A stretch of DNA of 64,000 bases from Marsupella aquatica (Eukaryota > Plantae > Marchantiophyta), in NCBI GenBank assembly GCA_973895155.1, contig OZ316897.1, positions 3,053,416 through 3,117,415 of the forward strand, given 5' to 3'. The notes under the pieces were generated by a model. It worked only from the letters and a program-made list of their open reading frames with translations. It had not been told where the DNA came from and made no database searches. Shown one piece after another: positions 38,047-52,400 of this stretch. Position 1 is the first letter of the stretch; every line of letters starts with the position of its first letter. A program made the translations under genes and the position numbers.

Positions 38047-39880
38047 AGTGGTGGACCTAGCCATCCAGTGCCCTCACCAATCCCAGCACTCACACCTAAG
38101 TGCCCTTGGTGCCCGAACGCCTCCACGGAATACCTTGAGCAAGCACCCTAGTGCCCCTTGCACCACTAGCGACTCCTCCCATACGAAGCCACACTTGCTC
38201 TTTAACACAACTGCTACTCAACGGTCCTCACTGTCTGCACAAGCAACCAAGCACCTTGGTAAGTAACCCTTCAAGATCTAGATCTCGCCAAGTCTAGCAT
38301 CCTAACTCAAACTCAACAGACATTGGTAAATAGGTCAGCGATAGGTCCTCCCGATGCCATAAGCCAGAACCAGAACCCACACCCACTGTTTGTCTAGAAC
38401 AACTCCTTCCTTGGGAGTGGCCCGGGTTCCCCCTCGTACCTATCCATCACCAAATGACTGCCCTGACCCCAGGACATGCTCCATCATGGCCCAATTAGCG
38501 TAGCTTGTCCTAAAGCTTGTCCCAAGTTTGTCCCAACACGTTGGGACCAGAATGGCCCCGACTTTAGCAACCAACTCCCAATTTGCCTCACTGATGGTCT
38601 AGGGGCCTAACAATCTTGGAACTCAACCTCCACACCTACTTGGCCTTGCCTCCCCAACGCAAGCTCTCTTGGGAGGCTGAACGCGGCTTGACTGTTGTTC
38701 AGCAGGACTTGGCAAGTGGGCGAGTTAACACCCGCAAACCCTGAGAGCCCATGGTTCCCTCAGACCCAGAAGAGCTCAGAAGGGCGTAGCCCTCCTTGAG
38801 AGCTTTCCAACGCACCCAAGAAGTCCTCCAACGAACTTCCCGTTGGGAAGATATCGTCGTTTCCGTTTGGCGGTTTCTTTTAGTGTCGCGACCGCCGCAG
38901 CTCACGACTTCGGCTCGCCCTTAGCCCCCAGGGAGACACCACTCCCCTCATATATGCTTCTGGGGACCTGCCACCCCCGGACCAGCTTTGGTCCCTAAAC
39001 ATTTGGCCCCCAACCCGGATCCTATCGCGTATAGTGGGCGCACCACCAACTGGCAACGCCCATAACTTTCTCGTTAGGCGTTCGCAAGTGGAGTGCCTTA
39101 GCCCGTTGTGATTGGGCCAACCCAGTGCTCATGCCTAGGTCCTCAGGTCTCATCGCGGCTTGGGCCCCCCGATCGGCCCAACCTAGATCGGGCCATAACT
39201 TGCACCCCAAGCGTTCGTTGCCCTGTTGAGCATAGACGACATTCGCAACGACAAGCCCATGAACCATACAACGCACAATAGTCAACATAGAGAGATACGT
39301 GGTTCACCTCCACATGAGACTACGTCAACGGGAACACACAAGAGCTTTACTGCACTCTAGGCCGACCGGCCATACCAAGCATCCACAACACAAGCTCTCC
39401 TTATCTCTCAACTAGCTCCGTAACAATGAGCCTAAGTTCCACCAGGGTCTAGCATCAGCCCTGGCTATATACACAACAGCACTACCGCTAACATTAGCTA
39501 AGTCCTAACCCGAGTTAGACTAACTGTGGTTAGCTCATGAGTCACAAGACTAGAGCAATGGCGTCAACTCCATTGGCCTTGGGCCCAAGAGGAGCTCACA
39601 CTCAAGCCCTCAGAACTCAAAGTCCATTCGGAGGTCTGGACGGTTGTCCTTGAGCCCGGCCCATTTCTCCTTGACCCGACCAGCTCTCAGCTAGTCCAAG
39701 TCCTTAGTGTGTGTCACCAGCTTGGCTCCTTGCCTTCGCTAGCGCCACGTCTTGTTGCCGACAAGTCTCCCCGTGCTAAGTCCTCCCCGGATGGCCTATC
39801 CGGGCCTGGACCATAAGGGAGCTCGGCGTCAGAGTTAGCGACGCCGGAGCTAAGTATTAAGGTAGTCGAGTTCCGTGACT
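38047..39880. mobile_element. Probable solo LTR with non-canonical AGT...ACT termini
   Basis: 5-bp TSD CAGGT at 38042-38046 and 39881-39885. The flanks rejoin into a repeat seen uninterrupted (inverted) at about 53341-53430. No coding capacity. Confidence 0.7.
39224..39559 (-). mobile_element. Solo LTR of the Copia family at 56310, lacking its first ~8 bp
   Basis: Reverse complement aligns along LTR 56310-56653. Confidence 0.9.
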
Positions 39881-42800
39881 CAGGTGATGGGAAGGCCTTC
39901 ATATAATGAGACCCCCGAGCTGAAACCACAGATTCATCAGTTTCATTTCTAGTACCCAATTTTCTCTAGCTGTTTATGTGATCAAGCTTATTGAGACAAT
40001 TAAATTAGTTAATATCTCGGGTGCGCGCAACTCCACTTTTTAAAAGGCAACTTTTTTATAGTGGCCTTATATCCAATTGACTAAGTTAGGTTTTTTAGAC
40101 GTCTACTAAAATTTTGTACCGCTCAGCTCAAGGAATCCAAAATGTAACTTAAAAAAACCAAAAATATTTTGATGCAAAGAAACTTCATTGAAACCAAATT
40201 AAGTGGCCTTTGTTTAGCACAAGGGGTCTACATTGTCTCACTCTTAGGCTTGGGGGCCTCAATCCAAGGGGTGTCTCATATCATGCTCAAAGTTTTGGGG
40301 GAATAAACACCCAATAAAGTTTTTTTTAGGAATTGTTTTACCCCTAACTTAATGGAATATTCCAAGAATATTCTCATATTTGATTTAAAAAACCCTATGA
40401 TTCTTATAATTCTCAAAATTGGATTAAAATAACCCTAATGTTCTTCAACAAAAATTTAAAATTATTTCACTAAATCCAATAAAAAAAACCTATATTTATT
40501 CACGCGTGATGGGTTGGAAGAAAAGAAGTGACGACCCCAGGCTCTTAGGGTCATTCTAATCTTACTCTTAGGGTCATTGTACTCACCCTTGTTTTAAGTC
40601 AAGCTTTGTTTAAGTCCTAGTAGAACATTATCTTGGGTTCAGGGTGCCTCTGCACATATGTGATCAGATTATTTTACCCTATGAATTCTCTTGTTGATGT
40701 AAGTAAGGGGTTGTAAGTTTTAGCTAAGCCAAGGAGTTAGCAAACTAAGTTCTCCTTGGGGTTCATCTCTTACTAGTTCAGCCCTAGCCTGTTGGTGTTT
40801 GGTAGAAATATTGTATGATGTGAGCAGACAGAAATGTTTGATAGGCAGCAATGAGGGCATTCATTTGTTAGCAACTCACGAGTGGTTCTTAATGTCTTCT
40901 GATTTTTGTTAGCTTTTGTAATTATTCTAGTGCAGTTTTTAAGACTCCATATGGCCTAGAGTTCACTAGCCAAAAGAGAAGTCCCAAACTTGGGTTTTGC
41001 TAACCAGGTTTTGGCTAGCTAGGGACTAACTGTGCTTGAGAAGTGGGATTTTTTTAATCCTAGTTACAAGTATTATTATTTTTAAATAATAGGAAAATTT
41101 CTCCTGTTTGGTTGCATCCTACAATTGCCCTTGTTAGGTATACCCCCACCATTGTTGTGACCCGGCAGGATGAGTCTTTTAGAGGCTTCTTCGAGTAAGA
41201 TTTACTGGATAATCTCCAACTAATTAATTTTCAAGGGTAGAGCAGTTTGACGTGTGATCATTAGCCAAGAAAGGCGACTGTGACTTTTATGTAATTCATC
41301 AATTCTGTTGTGGAATAAAGACAAATAAGTCCTGGAATTAAAACAGGGAATTTCCAAGAGAATCCACCAGAGACATCTGCTGGAAAGGATGAAGCAGCAT
41401 GAAAACAACTATCTGCTTAAGTACGAAGAGTCGAACCAAAATGCAAAAAACTCTTCTTAAATTCATTGTGAATCTCAAGGCGTTCGGACTTGTCAAGGTT
41501 GTTTGTTTTCTATGTCTACAGTTGTAGTATAAGACAAAGGCATCAGCATGACTCCTGGGAAAGAACTGGAAACTCATCAAGAAATCCCCCAAAAGATATC
41601 TGAAAGTCTTCCTGTTTCTATCAGTTGAGTTTAGATTGAACACCCAAGATCTGTCCAATTGAATTGATGTCCAATTTCTGACCAGATCCCTCTTGATTCC
41701 TACGCCCTTTGCATTTGCCAGCAAGGCCTATCAACACAATGAGTTTGAACAAAGGTGGTAGTATTGTGGAGTACTCTAGAGGGATAAGATTGAAGTAGTA
41801 CTTTTGGGCATTGGATATTTTTGTTAATAAGTCTTCCAATGAAGCTAACCATTAATAGTTATTCTTTCCAACAATCTCAAGTTGTAATCTAGAATTCAAA
41901 TACAAGCAGCTCTAGTGGCTTGTATGGGTTTTCACTCTGGTACATAGTCACAATTTTTCCAATTGACAGTCCTTTGCAAAGTCTTGTGGATACAATTGAC
42001 AGATAGAAGTAACCATAGAATCACAACATATTTGACCTCTGCACACACCAAAAATCCAGATAGTGTGATGGTACAAGCATTGATTTACGAGCAAAGGTTG
42101 GGGAGTTAATTTTGGCCAAGAGCACCTCAAGTGGATATACACACCTTTTGTTGATGGGACTAGACTTTTGGGGAAAAATCATGGCATGCCAGGTTCCAAT
42201 CCGAGCCCAGGTATTCAATACTGAATCATATAGCATCCATTACCTTCCCTACTCACACACGTAAACTTGCCAAATGTAAAGATTACACATTTCAATGCAT
42301 CAAGTCTTTCATTAACTAAGGCTTTCCATGATACAGTTGGCACTCCTAAGCGCACACTCCATAAGCGCCTACCCTTGATTAATGTAGGTCATCCTGTTTC
42401 CCCCTTTTTTTTATCCACGAGATAAGCGCTTTTCTAAGCACACACAGGCTAAAATAATTTCATGAAATGACAACTTTATAAGTGATGACCCTCGATAAGT
42501 ATCTCTATGTTCGTATCAGTAAATGCACAAAATCATGAAATTGCCTTTACAGATAATTAAATGCATGCCCATTCTTAGTAGAGTATAGAATGCACTTAAG
42601 GAGGGTGGGCACAGAATTAGGGCAGGGATACAAAGTACAAGGGTGACTACTCACTAACGGGGGGCTCTAAATTTAACAAAGGAATCTAAATCAAGCACAC
42701 TTATCAATAAGTGCACTTTTTAGGGGGGTGCGCTAATGGAACTCCTGATTTAGTGCATGTTGGATCCATCTTCCCCAGAGAGTGCAGTTAGACATAGTTA

Positions 42801-43949
42801 GTTAACTGTATTCCACATTAAGGCTTTCCCTGATATTTTATCCGGCTTGGAAGTGGAGGCTCATGGATTCACTTGGGGTGAACGACTCCACCGTGATATA
42901 CCAAAGGGCAAAAATGTCAAACCAAGAGACAGGGTCCCAAAGGCAAAGCAACCCTAGAAAGGGAAAAAGACAGAAGAGGGAAGGGCCTCAAGAAGAGCCA
43001 AGAGGGAACAAGACAAGGAGACCCGTGAGGGTTTGGGATTGGCTTGGCTTCCTGATGCACTATTGTTCTGGAATCTTTGGTCCTCCTTGCCCTTTCTGGT
43101 TGATTGGAGGTTCACGAGCAGAAGGTTTAGAGTCTCTAGTTGAAGCACATTGGCCTGCTATGGTTTGTCCTGCCATGCTGGGCCCTGTGAGGCAGGGGAT
43201 GGGACTTGGGGTTGAGATTTGTTGTGCCAGTGTGACCTCGTGTGGCTATGGCTGGGATTCACAGTTGAAGTTTGTCCTGCCGGTGCTGAAATAGATGGTA
43301 TCTGATTTAGGTTATATAGTACCTCTGCCCCATTTGATGTGCCCAACTGGCCTGGGGCATGGCATTTGTGTTGATAACCTGTGGGTTACTTTATTCCTGA
43401 AACCACTCGGGTCTGGTCGACTTCTTTTGGCATCAGCCTTTGTTTTTCCCTGATTATAGCGAGCCTGTTCTAATACACACTTATTTTAACTTATTTACAA
43501 TAAAATCTAATCTATATAACTAGTTTATGAAACACAAGCTATCATATCTTATTCAAGAATATTGAATAATGATTATAAAAAATAAAGTGAAAAAAAAATA
43601 TCACTAAAGTGAATAGATAGCCCCGGTACGCTCTGGGTGAAACACAAGTACAAGTCAGTGTACCTTTGTCAGTATCCTATTTTGTGGTTGAAAGCAAAAC
43701 AAACTAATTTTGTACCTTTCTAAATTTTGGGGGGCTCTCTATTTAGGTGGGGCTTCTCTGTTTAGGTCACACCTATTGACCTAGAAACCATAATCATTGG
43801 AATTCTTTTAAACAATAAACATATAAGCTACAGGACATTATTGGATTGTGTCCTAGTTGCCTGGTTGAGTTTGGAGAGTGTTTGAAGAGTTATATAGTAC
43901 CAAGAAATTCTCCTGAAAATGCGGAGTGCTTGCAACATAAATACACAAT

Positions 43950-44088
43950 AAAACTAGAGGGATAACACAAATTATTATACTAAAAATATTAAAAGAAAAA
44001 CTAGAAAGATAATATAAGTTATTATACTAAAAATATTTTAAAAAACTAGAGGAATAACATAAATTATTATACTAAAAATATTAAAAGA
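43950..44088. repeat. ~46-47-bp tandem repeat x3
   Basis: AAAACTAGAGGGATAACACAAATTATTATACTAAAAATATTAAAAGA-like units. Confidence 0.8.
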
Positions 44089-45299
44089 AGTTTAAGCACG
44101 TTTATTTAAAACTAAGTACTTCAAAAAATTACAGGGGTTGAAATAAATTATTAAAATCAGAAAAATATAAAGCAAAAGCATAGAATAGACCAAATTAACA
44201 TAAAAATATATAACAAATAATTCAAATAAGACAAGGTAACCAAAGTGTGTCCAGCCATTTATAAATCTCATTCCTTGGAGTCTTTGGCTCTCCATCGTCG
44301 GCAGTGGTTCCACCTAGGTTGTTATTTCTTGTAGGTCTGGCTGCCTTTGGTTTGTATTGCCATGTTAGGTTATTGGTGATTCTGTTGTGGGCTCCCCTTC
44401 TGGCTTCCTTGCGGAATCCGTTTTTGGCACATGTGTTCTTGGTGCTGCTTGCTTCCCTTTCCCCCTGGGGTTTTTGCCGGTTTAATAAATTTTTATTAAA
44501 AATTCTGAGGAAGTATTAGTAAGCATCGTTGTCTTATAGGAAGCTATTTAGGAACAACTCTCGAACAGCGAAATACAAACCTTAGTGCAGAGGAGATTGG
44601 ATGTGATCCTCTTCACACGATGACAACCTCTCTCGATATCAAGAACTATAATATAAGGTTGGGCCTTTTTATGCAATGGTCGTCATTCAAAAATACAGTG
44701 CCAAGAAAAGAAGTAACCAATAAACAGAAGGGATAAAACTAAAAGCAAATTAAATATAGTGTGAACCAAAAAGTACAAGAAATCTTTTCACACAACCAGT
44801 AATCAATTGGTGGACACAAAAAAGAATCTAATGGTGGGGACAAAAGACAAAAACGTACCTAACCCAATTGTATGCAAGAGTATCATAAGTGATATACCAT
44901 ATCCTCTAAAAATGGATAAGGTATTATTTACAAACTCAAGAAAAAATGGGAACAATCCTAGGTCTTAAGTAAAAATTTGTTTTTCTGTAAATGTAGGATC
45001 CATCCATATCTCTATTAATCTGGATTACCTCTGCCCAAGCTACCCATAACCTACCCAAACCCAACTAAAATAAAAAATAGAATATTATTAAAAACTAATT
45101 ATTCAAATTGAGGCTTAAAGAATTGGATAATAACTTTAAAGTTTTGAAAAAACTTGAGTATTAATAATGTATATATATGATATTAATTTCTCTAAAATTT
45201 TATAATAAAAATTATTTTTTTCTATCACTTGGTTGTGCTTAGACTCTATGTTGCGGTGACTATTATCTCAGCCTCCAATTTCTATGTGCAGTGCACCAG

Positions 45300-46390
45300 T
45301 TGTTGCACACCACCACAACTCTACCTGTCTTGACCTATTTTTCTCATCTTGCCATTTTTTATGACATTGACATTTTTATCTCATGACAATTTTTTCTCAC
45401 CCTCAACATTGTTTAGGTCCTTGATATATTTTCTCACCTGACTTGACATCTTTTTTCACTTTGACATCATTATCTCACCACAACATCTTTCCTTCACCTT
45501 CGACATATGTTCTCTCCTCAAAGTCATTTTCTCACCTCGCCATTTTTTCTCTCCTCAACATCACCTTGACTTCTTTGTCTCACCTCAACATCTATTTTTG
45601 TCATAGTGACATTTGTTTTCACCTCGAAATCTGATCTATTTCTCAACTTCACACTAATTTTTATCTCATCACAACATCTTTCCCTCACCCTCAACATCTT
45701 TTCCTCATCTTCACATATTTTTCTCACATCGCCATCTTTTCTCTCCTTGACATAGTTTTTGCTTTACATCTTTTTCTTAGCTCAACATCTCTTTTTCTCA
45801 TCAACATCTTTGTTCACCTCGACATCTTTTTCTCACCTCCACTTCTTTTTCTCACTTCAATTTCTTTTTCTTACCTCAACATCTATTTTCACCTCAACAT
45901 ATTTTTCTCACCACACCATCTTTTGTGCAACTTTTGTCTTAACAACATCTTTTTTACTTAACGACAACTTTTCTCTTAATGACACCTTGGGCAACATGAC
46001 ATTTCTTTTTTTAAGGACATATTGGGTGACACAACATCTTGGGTGACACAATATCATTTTTCTTAAGTACATCTTGGGTGTCACAACATTGTTGTTCTTA
46101 ACAACATCTTGGGTGACACGATATCTTTTTTCTTCATTAATGACACATTGGGTGACACAACATTTTTTTTGTTCATGACATCTTCAGTTGGGCGACACTA
46201 CATTTTCTTTCTTAACGACATCTTGGGCGACATCACATCTTTTTTTCTTAACGACATCTTGGGCAACACAACATATTTGTTCTTAACGACATCTTGGGCA
46301 ACACAACATATTTGTCTTAACGACATCTTAGAGAACACGACATTTTGGGTGACACGACATCTTTTGTGCAACGCACGGATATTGAGCTAG
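45300..46390 (+). mobile_element. Non-autonomous Helitron 3' portion with degenerate internal repeats; 5' end not defined
   Basis: Ends GTGCAACGCACGG-ATATTGAG-CTAG followed by T (hairpin + CTAG at 46387-46390). Preceded by ACATCTTTT and GACATCTTGGGTGACAC repeats. Confidence 0.65.
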
Positions 46391-47241
46391 TGGGAGAATA
46401 ATATGATCGGGGAGATAATATTGGGCCACTGTGATTGGGTTTATGATATGGGCCACTGGGAAGGCAACCATAGCTTCAGGTACAGTAATTACTTGTGATG
46501 GAGTCTTCTTTCAGCTGCACAGCTTCAGGCGGATCTTTGAGTGAGGAGAAACGCAAACTGGAGCCCCTTTTTCATGGCAGGACAAAAAGTGGACAGAAGG
46601 CAAAAGGGAGAACGTGAAGCTTGGAGCCAACGACCCGATCAAAGTAGAACGAGCTTTGGACTGGCACGAATCGAGAATAACACAGAAGCACACGAAAACA
46701 AATGAAGGCGCTTTGGTACGTACGCCTGGCTTGCCAGGACGTGGGCGGCTCGACACATGGTTTCGGACAACTTAGTACCGGACAGCGTTGCCCTCAATCA
46801 TAAACTTAGTACGTAATACGAACTACCGGTAGCTCTTGGTGCAATTGACTTGTACGTCGATCTCTGAGGCGGCCAAATTGAAGTGTCCCCAGTCACTGGC
46901 ATGGATCGAGGTGATTCAATTCTAGGAATCCACAATCAAGTGCACCATTCACTGCATATGAGATAAGATCATGCTCTCGATCAGAAGCTTCAATGTGACT
47001 GATAGATCGATGTTGCTATTTGTCGGTTTTGTTTCCTATTACAACCACAGACTGCCTCCATGTGTGCAGATAGAGCTGGACAATGGCCACCATTAGGAAG
47101 CCAGGCTTTGAGCAGCAGCAGGTGAACCTTTCATGACTTATCAGGGGAAGATACACTGCTGAGACCTTCAGCGGACAGATTCTCAAGGGATATTTCAGAC
47201 GCGCTGGGTTTGAATAAGCTAGGCTTCAGGGAGGGGCAGCA

Positions 47242-49459
47242 ATGTCTACAAGTGATATCTCCGCATACCTAAATTCCCCTAACACGAGCTCGCCATATGC
47301 AACATCCACACCCTACTGGCTGAACAAAGGAGACAATGCGTGGCAACTGACTGCTGCCACTCTGGTGGGAATGCAAAGTTTGCCTGGGTTAGTGATCTTG
47401 TATGGAAGCTACGTGAAGAAGAAATGGGCGGTGAATTCCACTTTCATGGCCCTGTATGCCTTTGCGGCGGTGCTCATCTGCTGGGTGCTGTGGGCATACG
47501 AGTTTTCGTTCGGAGACCGCTGGCTTCCTTTCTGGGGCAAGCCTGGTGTAGCGCTAACCTATAAGTTCCTCTTGAAACAATCAAATCTTCCAGCAACCGC
47601 AGTTGGAGCAGGGGATCTCGACTATGTGAATTTCAGTTACGCTCCCACTGCATCAGAGACGATGTTTTTCCCTATGGTGACGACGGTATACTATCATTTT
47701 GTTTTCGCGGCACTGACTGTCATCTTAGTGGCGGGGTCTCTCCTGGGAAGAATGAACATCCACGCCTGGATGATCTTTGTACCACTGTGGCTCACTTTCT
47801 CCTACACAGTGGGTGCTTTCAGTCTCTGGGGCGGAGGCTTCTTGTTTCAGCTGGGTGTGCTTGATTACTGCGGTGGCTATGTGATCCATGTCTCGTCTGG
47901 CATAGCGGGCTTCACTGCCGCTTATTGGGTACATATATTCTTCTGTCGACGTCAATTCTATATAGCTATAATGACCTGTACCTCATACAATTCGAATTTC
48001 CAAAATTTCATAGCCCCCGCCGCTGCTGCTGAGGACCCTTAGGGATCACGGTTGGATCTGATATTAGTTGGTCTTCTCTCAAGTCGTCAGTGTAGTCCTT
48101 ACTTGAGTTAGCACTAGTTTATTAACGAATTTCGCCTCTATTCACGATGATTTTGTCAGAAACTTAATTCTCCAGTTCATGTTAGAAACTTCTGCAAGCG
48201 CTCTTAGTTTTCGATTATCTATCACTGTAACTAACTATCAAAGCTTACAGGTAGGACCAAGGCTGAAGAGGGATCGTGAGCGCTTTCCACCAAACAATTT
48301 GTTGCTCATGCTCGCTGGAGCTGGTTTGCTGTGGCTTGGTTGGTCTGGATTCAACGGAGGTGGTGTTTACTCCGCCAACATAATTGCTTCCTTGGCGGTG
48401 GTAAACACACACATTTGTGCTGCGACCAGTTTGCTGGTTTGGTTGGGTCTCGATTCTATCATATTCAAGAAACCTTCGGTGATTGGAGGTGTTCAAGGAA
48501 TGATCACTGGCCTTGTCTGTATCACCCCCGCAGCAGGTACAAGAGATCATCCGATCCTTTTCCCTCTTCTAGGTAGAAAACATGCTCATCAAGAGAGCTA
48601 CATCAAGCATTCCGCTTAGTTCTACTCCACAGTTGACTCTCGCTATATTTCGACCTTGGTCTTGCAGTTGGAAGGGGTAAGCATAATTGTTTCTCATGTA
48701 TAAAATGTGTTCTCTGTCTACTAGATTTCAAGGAGGGATGTGTGCCGGCGACTCCCTAATCCTACCGAAATGGATGTAGTAATGTTGTATTGCGTGGTGG
48801 CATTATTGTCAACAGGTATTGTGGAGGCATGGGCGGCAATCGTCATGGGAATTCTTGCAGCAGTCATCCCGTGGTACACTATGAACGGGTTTCACAAGAA
48901 CTCGGTCCTTCTAAGGCAAGTAGATGATACGATGGCCGTATTTCATACTCACGCTGTGGCTGGCTTACTTGGAGGCATCTGTGTTGGCCTCTTCACACAT
49001 CCTCAACTGGTTGGGCTCTACAGTCCGATTCCTGGTCTTCACGGCCTCGTTTACGCTTGGGATGGCCACCATGGCTATCTTCAAGGTCTCAAACAAGTCG
49101 GATGGCAGCTTGTCGGAGCGCTTTTCATCATCGTCTTGAACGTTGTGATTACGACCCTCATCTGCCTATTCATTCGGCTGCTCAGGATCCCGCTACGCAT
49201 GTCTGATGAAGATCTGGCCATCGGAGACGACGCCGCCCATGGAGAGGAAGCGTATGCACTTTGGGGTGACGGCGAGACTCTGGAAGAAGCCTCGATGAGG
49301 AATGATGGGTGGTATCCTGACTTCGAGAGTGGGAGCACCCACGTAAAATCTGCTTCTGGTGTTGTGACACCGTCAAGTGCCAACGGCGGGGCCAATGGGA
49401 GTTCAGTAGGATGGGGAAGCGTTGAGTTACAGGTACCTAGGACGAGACCTGACATCTAG
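47242..49459 (+). CDS. AMT2: Ammonium transporter, AMT2/AMT3 (MEP-like) subfamily; join(47242..47928,48251..48536,48816..49459), 538 aa
   Basis: [58 protein letters not shown]|[27 protein letters not shown] and [23 protein letters not shown] introns give an uninterrupted frame. Confidence 0.96.
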
Positions 49460-52400
49460 CCAGGGTCCTCTGCAGTCGTCAGTTTCTGTACTCGACCTGA
49501 ATTTGCTCCTTGTCGATGTGCCGTCTCCAAACTGCATGAGGCAAGGATTGTTGACATATATGGCTCATGCACTATGAGTCCGAGTTCTCAAAATCGCACA
49601 CAACTATAGAGGCTAAAGCATACTTATCCCCTGGATTATAGATTGGCTTGTGAAGCTTCATGTCAGTCCTCACAATTATGATCTATAATCCACGTACGAA
49701 CAAACAATCGATCACAACTCAGAGAAAAGCTCGGGTGTCTTCTATGACGCTCAGTAAGCACAGAAGTTAGAGCTCATGAACCTTACTGGTACAATTGTTT
49801 TAGGCAGAGTAAATCGTTAAACCATCATGTGCAATTGTACTTTAGTACTTCAAGAATTAGCCTCTTGTACCTAAGCCACGGTCTACTGCAAGTGCTTCGG
49901 TAGATCAAGGCCATAGTAGTGTATGGCGGGTCGAAACTTGATCTTTTCACAGCTTCGATCGGAGCGGAAATTTTTTGCATGATAACAACGTTTGGTCAAC
50001 AGATCCAACAGTGTGAAGAGGCTGTCCTTGCACTAGTAAGGCATAGAGTTCGCTGTCAACTTTCTCAAGAGGACGTCAGTTTAGGAGTGGTCGCGACATC
50101 ACCGTTCTGTTGGTTGATTGAAACACAAGATCTCACGTATAGATTACGTTTTCGATCTTGGGACGAGGGCTTTCACTGGTTCTGTTGAAAAATTACAGAT
50201 TCATAGATCCGGCGTGATTCAATTTGAGCTGGGTCGAAATGCCCACCTTCCGAGGAAGAGCTACGGGGCTCCTGAATTCTTCGAAAAAAAAGTGAGAATA
50301 ATCAGGCCTACCCAATGTTCACATTACTTGTGGTTCGATCGTTATCGTTAAGTGCAATCTAGAGCCGAAGAAATTACTGGGATTTTGCTTGAATGAATGA
50401 AATATCTTACATTGAATTCTCAAAGCGCTCGACATCAACGCATTGCTGACGGGTGTAGGGAGCTGGGCATCTCTGTCAAACTTTTGATCGAACTCCCCAT
50501 CGCTATGGGGATCGTAAGCAATAATATAGCTAGCGAAAGTAAAAGTACGCAACATAGCGGCGCGGCGTGAAACAAATGAGAGTCTAATATTGTCGTTCCA
50601 TGAACTTCAGTATTAAAGGACGAGAAAGAGGTTACCTGCAAATCACGACTTTCACGAGATTATAGACGAGAGGACTCCCATTCCATAGATCGTCTAAACC
50701 TCCTCCAAGTCAGAAGGGCAGTGGTACCGGGAGAGACCATCAGTTCTGTCCGGGAGCCAGTTTTTTCAATCACACTGAGAGAAAATCTTCGACTGCAGTC
50801 ATGCATTCACAATGAGAGAAAGTCTTCGACTTCAGTTATCCTGCTTTATTCGTTGCTTCTTTTTTCTGAGAGAAGAGCTCTACTGCACCTGTGCCGACAG
50901 GAGCTCTGTACTCGCGACATACTTGGAAAGTCACAGGCAGCCACATGCGTCTTCACGGATGCACCACGTTTCTGGAAGACCAACGCTAGACTGAAGGGCG
51001 GGTGGAACAGGGCTATGGTGAACTCCCCATGTGCAAAATTACGAGACTCCCCAAACTTGTCTCTAGCTATATGGCCACAGAAAACGGATACAGCTTGGGA
51101 CTGCCAATGGTGGAGACACCTAAGGAGTGACCTGAGACTCTGAAGTTTCCATGGGATTCCACATTGTGGCCGGAGTGGCTCTGCTAAAATTACATGACTG
51201 TCTGTGAAATAGAACCTCTAATACACAAGAACCTGCCTGGTGGATTGAAAGCTACAAAGGAACCTCGGAATGAACATTCTGATCGGCCATGGCTCCGATT
51301 TATTGTCAGGAGGCAACCAGACTTCCAGTTTTGGACAATCTTACAAGTTGAACAGACAGAGAGCTAGGAAGAGGCCTCGTACAAGGATATGTGGAGCACC
51401 TGTGGAGCACCTTTTTGTGAGCATCCAAGGCCACATTATTTTGCAAAACTTATGGGATTCTGATTCGACAATTACACGTACAATTGCAGAAGAGTTAAAG
51501 AAATTCATGACTACAGCACGAATATCCCCTACTCTCAGTGTCCTTCATAAACTACTGGCATTCTGAAATTCTTACTGGCAGTGTCCTTGTTTACATTGTT
51601 ACTAATAGATTAGACTCAGCAGAAAACAAGCTTGCAGAATTTGACATACATTTCTATTAGTAAAACTAGATTTCGTCTTTCTACAATTAGAGATACAAAA
51701 GCTGTCCCCATAAATGAGCAAGTCTGCCCAACAATTAGCAATTTGGGGAATGCCTGGAAAACTAATTGGGATACATTTCCCAAAATTCCATCCAAAACAC
51801 AGTCGGCCCCTTTGTTTGTGTAAACTGGGTGAAGACTTCATGCCGTCCATCTGGGCTTCATTTTCCAAAATCTAGATATTTTTTGGTCAAAATTGGAAAA
51901 CAATTGATTAATGCATATTTTGTGAAACATTGTGAGCAATCGATTGATTGATCAACGTGTATACGCTACCGACGAAGCATTGAATCATTCATGTGAATAT
52001 TCATTTACATTTTATCTTACATTCCATCACATGAATGATTCTGTAACCTGATTGATCAGTGTATATACGTCATTGTTTTGCAAAGTAGAAACACGAAATC
52101 TAGTTTTTCCATGGCGCTAGAAAAGAAATAAAAATGAACTTTTCGCAATGGACATAAGTTACCCTGATGTCCCTGTGACATTGGCCTCTAAACCAAGTAA
52201 TACATCAACAAAAATAGGAGTGATTTGGCATTCATGGGTGTCTGGGGATCGATGGAGGTCTGAAGGTCGTGCTACAAGGAAATTGACTTCAGTTTTCTAA
52301 AGCTCGGGAATCAAGGAGGTTTAAGATGTGTGTTGCAGGTAATGCTGCAAATCTAAGACAAACAAGCCTTTAATATTGGGCGGCTAAATCACCTTGAAAG

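Noticed and set aside
41200-44510. LINE remnants
   Set aside because: There is a poly(A)-signal-like tail near 44490, but no recognisable RT or endonuclease motifs.
45940-46360. CRISPR-like repeat-spacer array
   Set aside because: Repeats are degenerate with similar T-rich spacers, there are no cas genes, and the context is eukaryotic; it fits a Helitron internal repeat.
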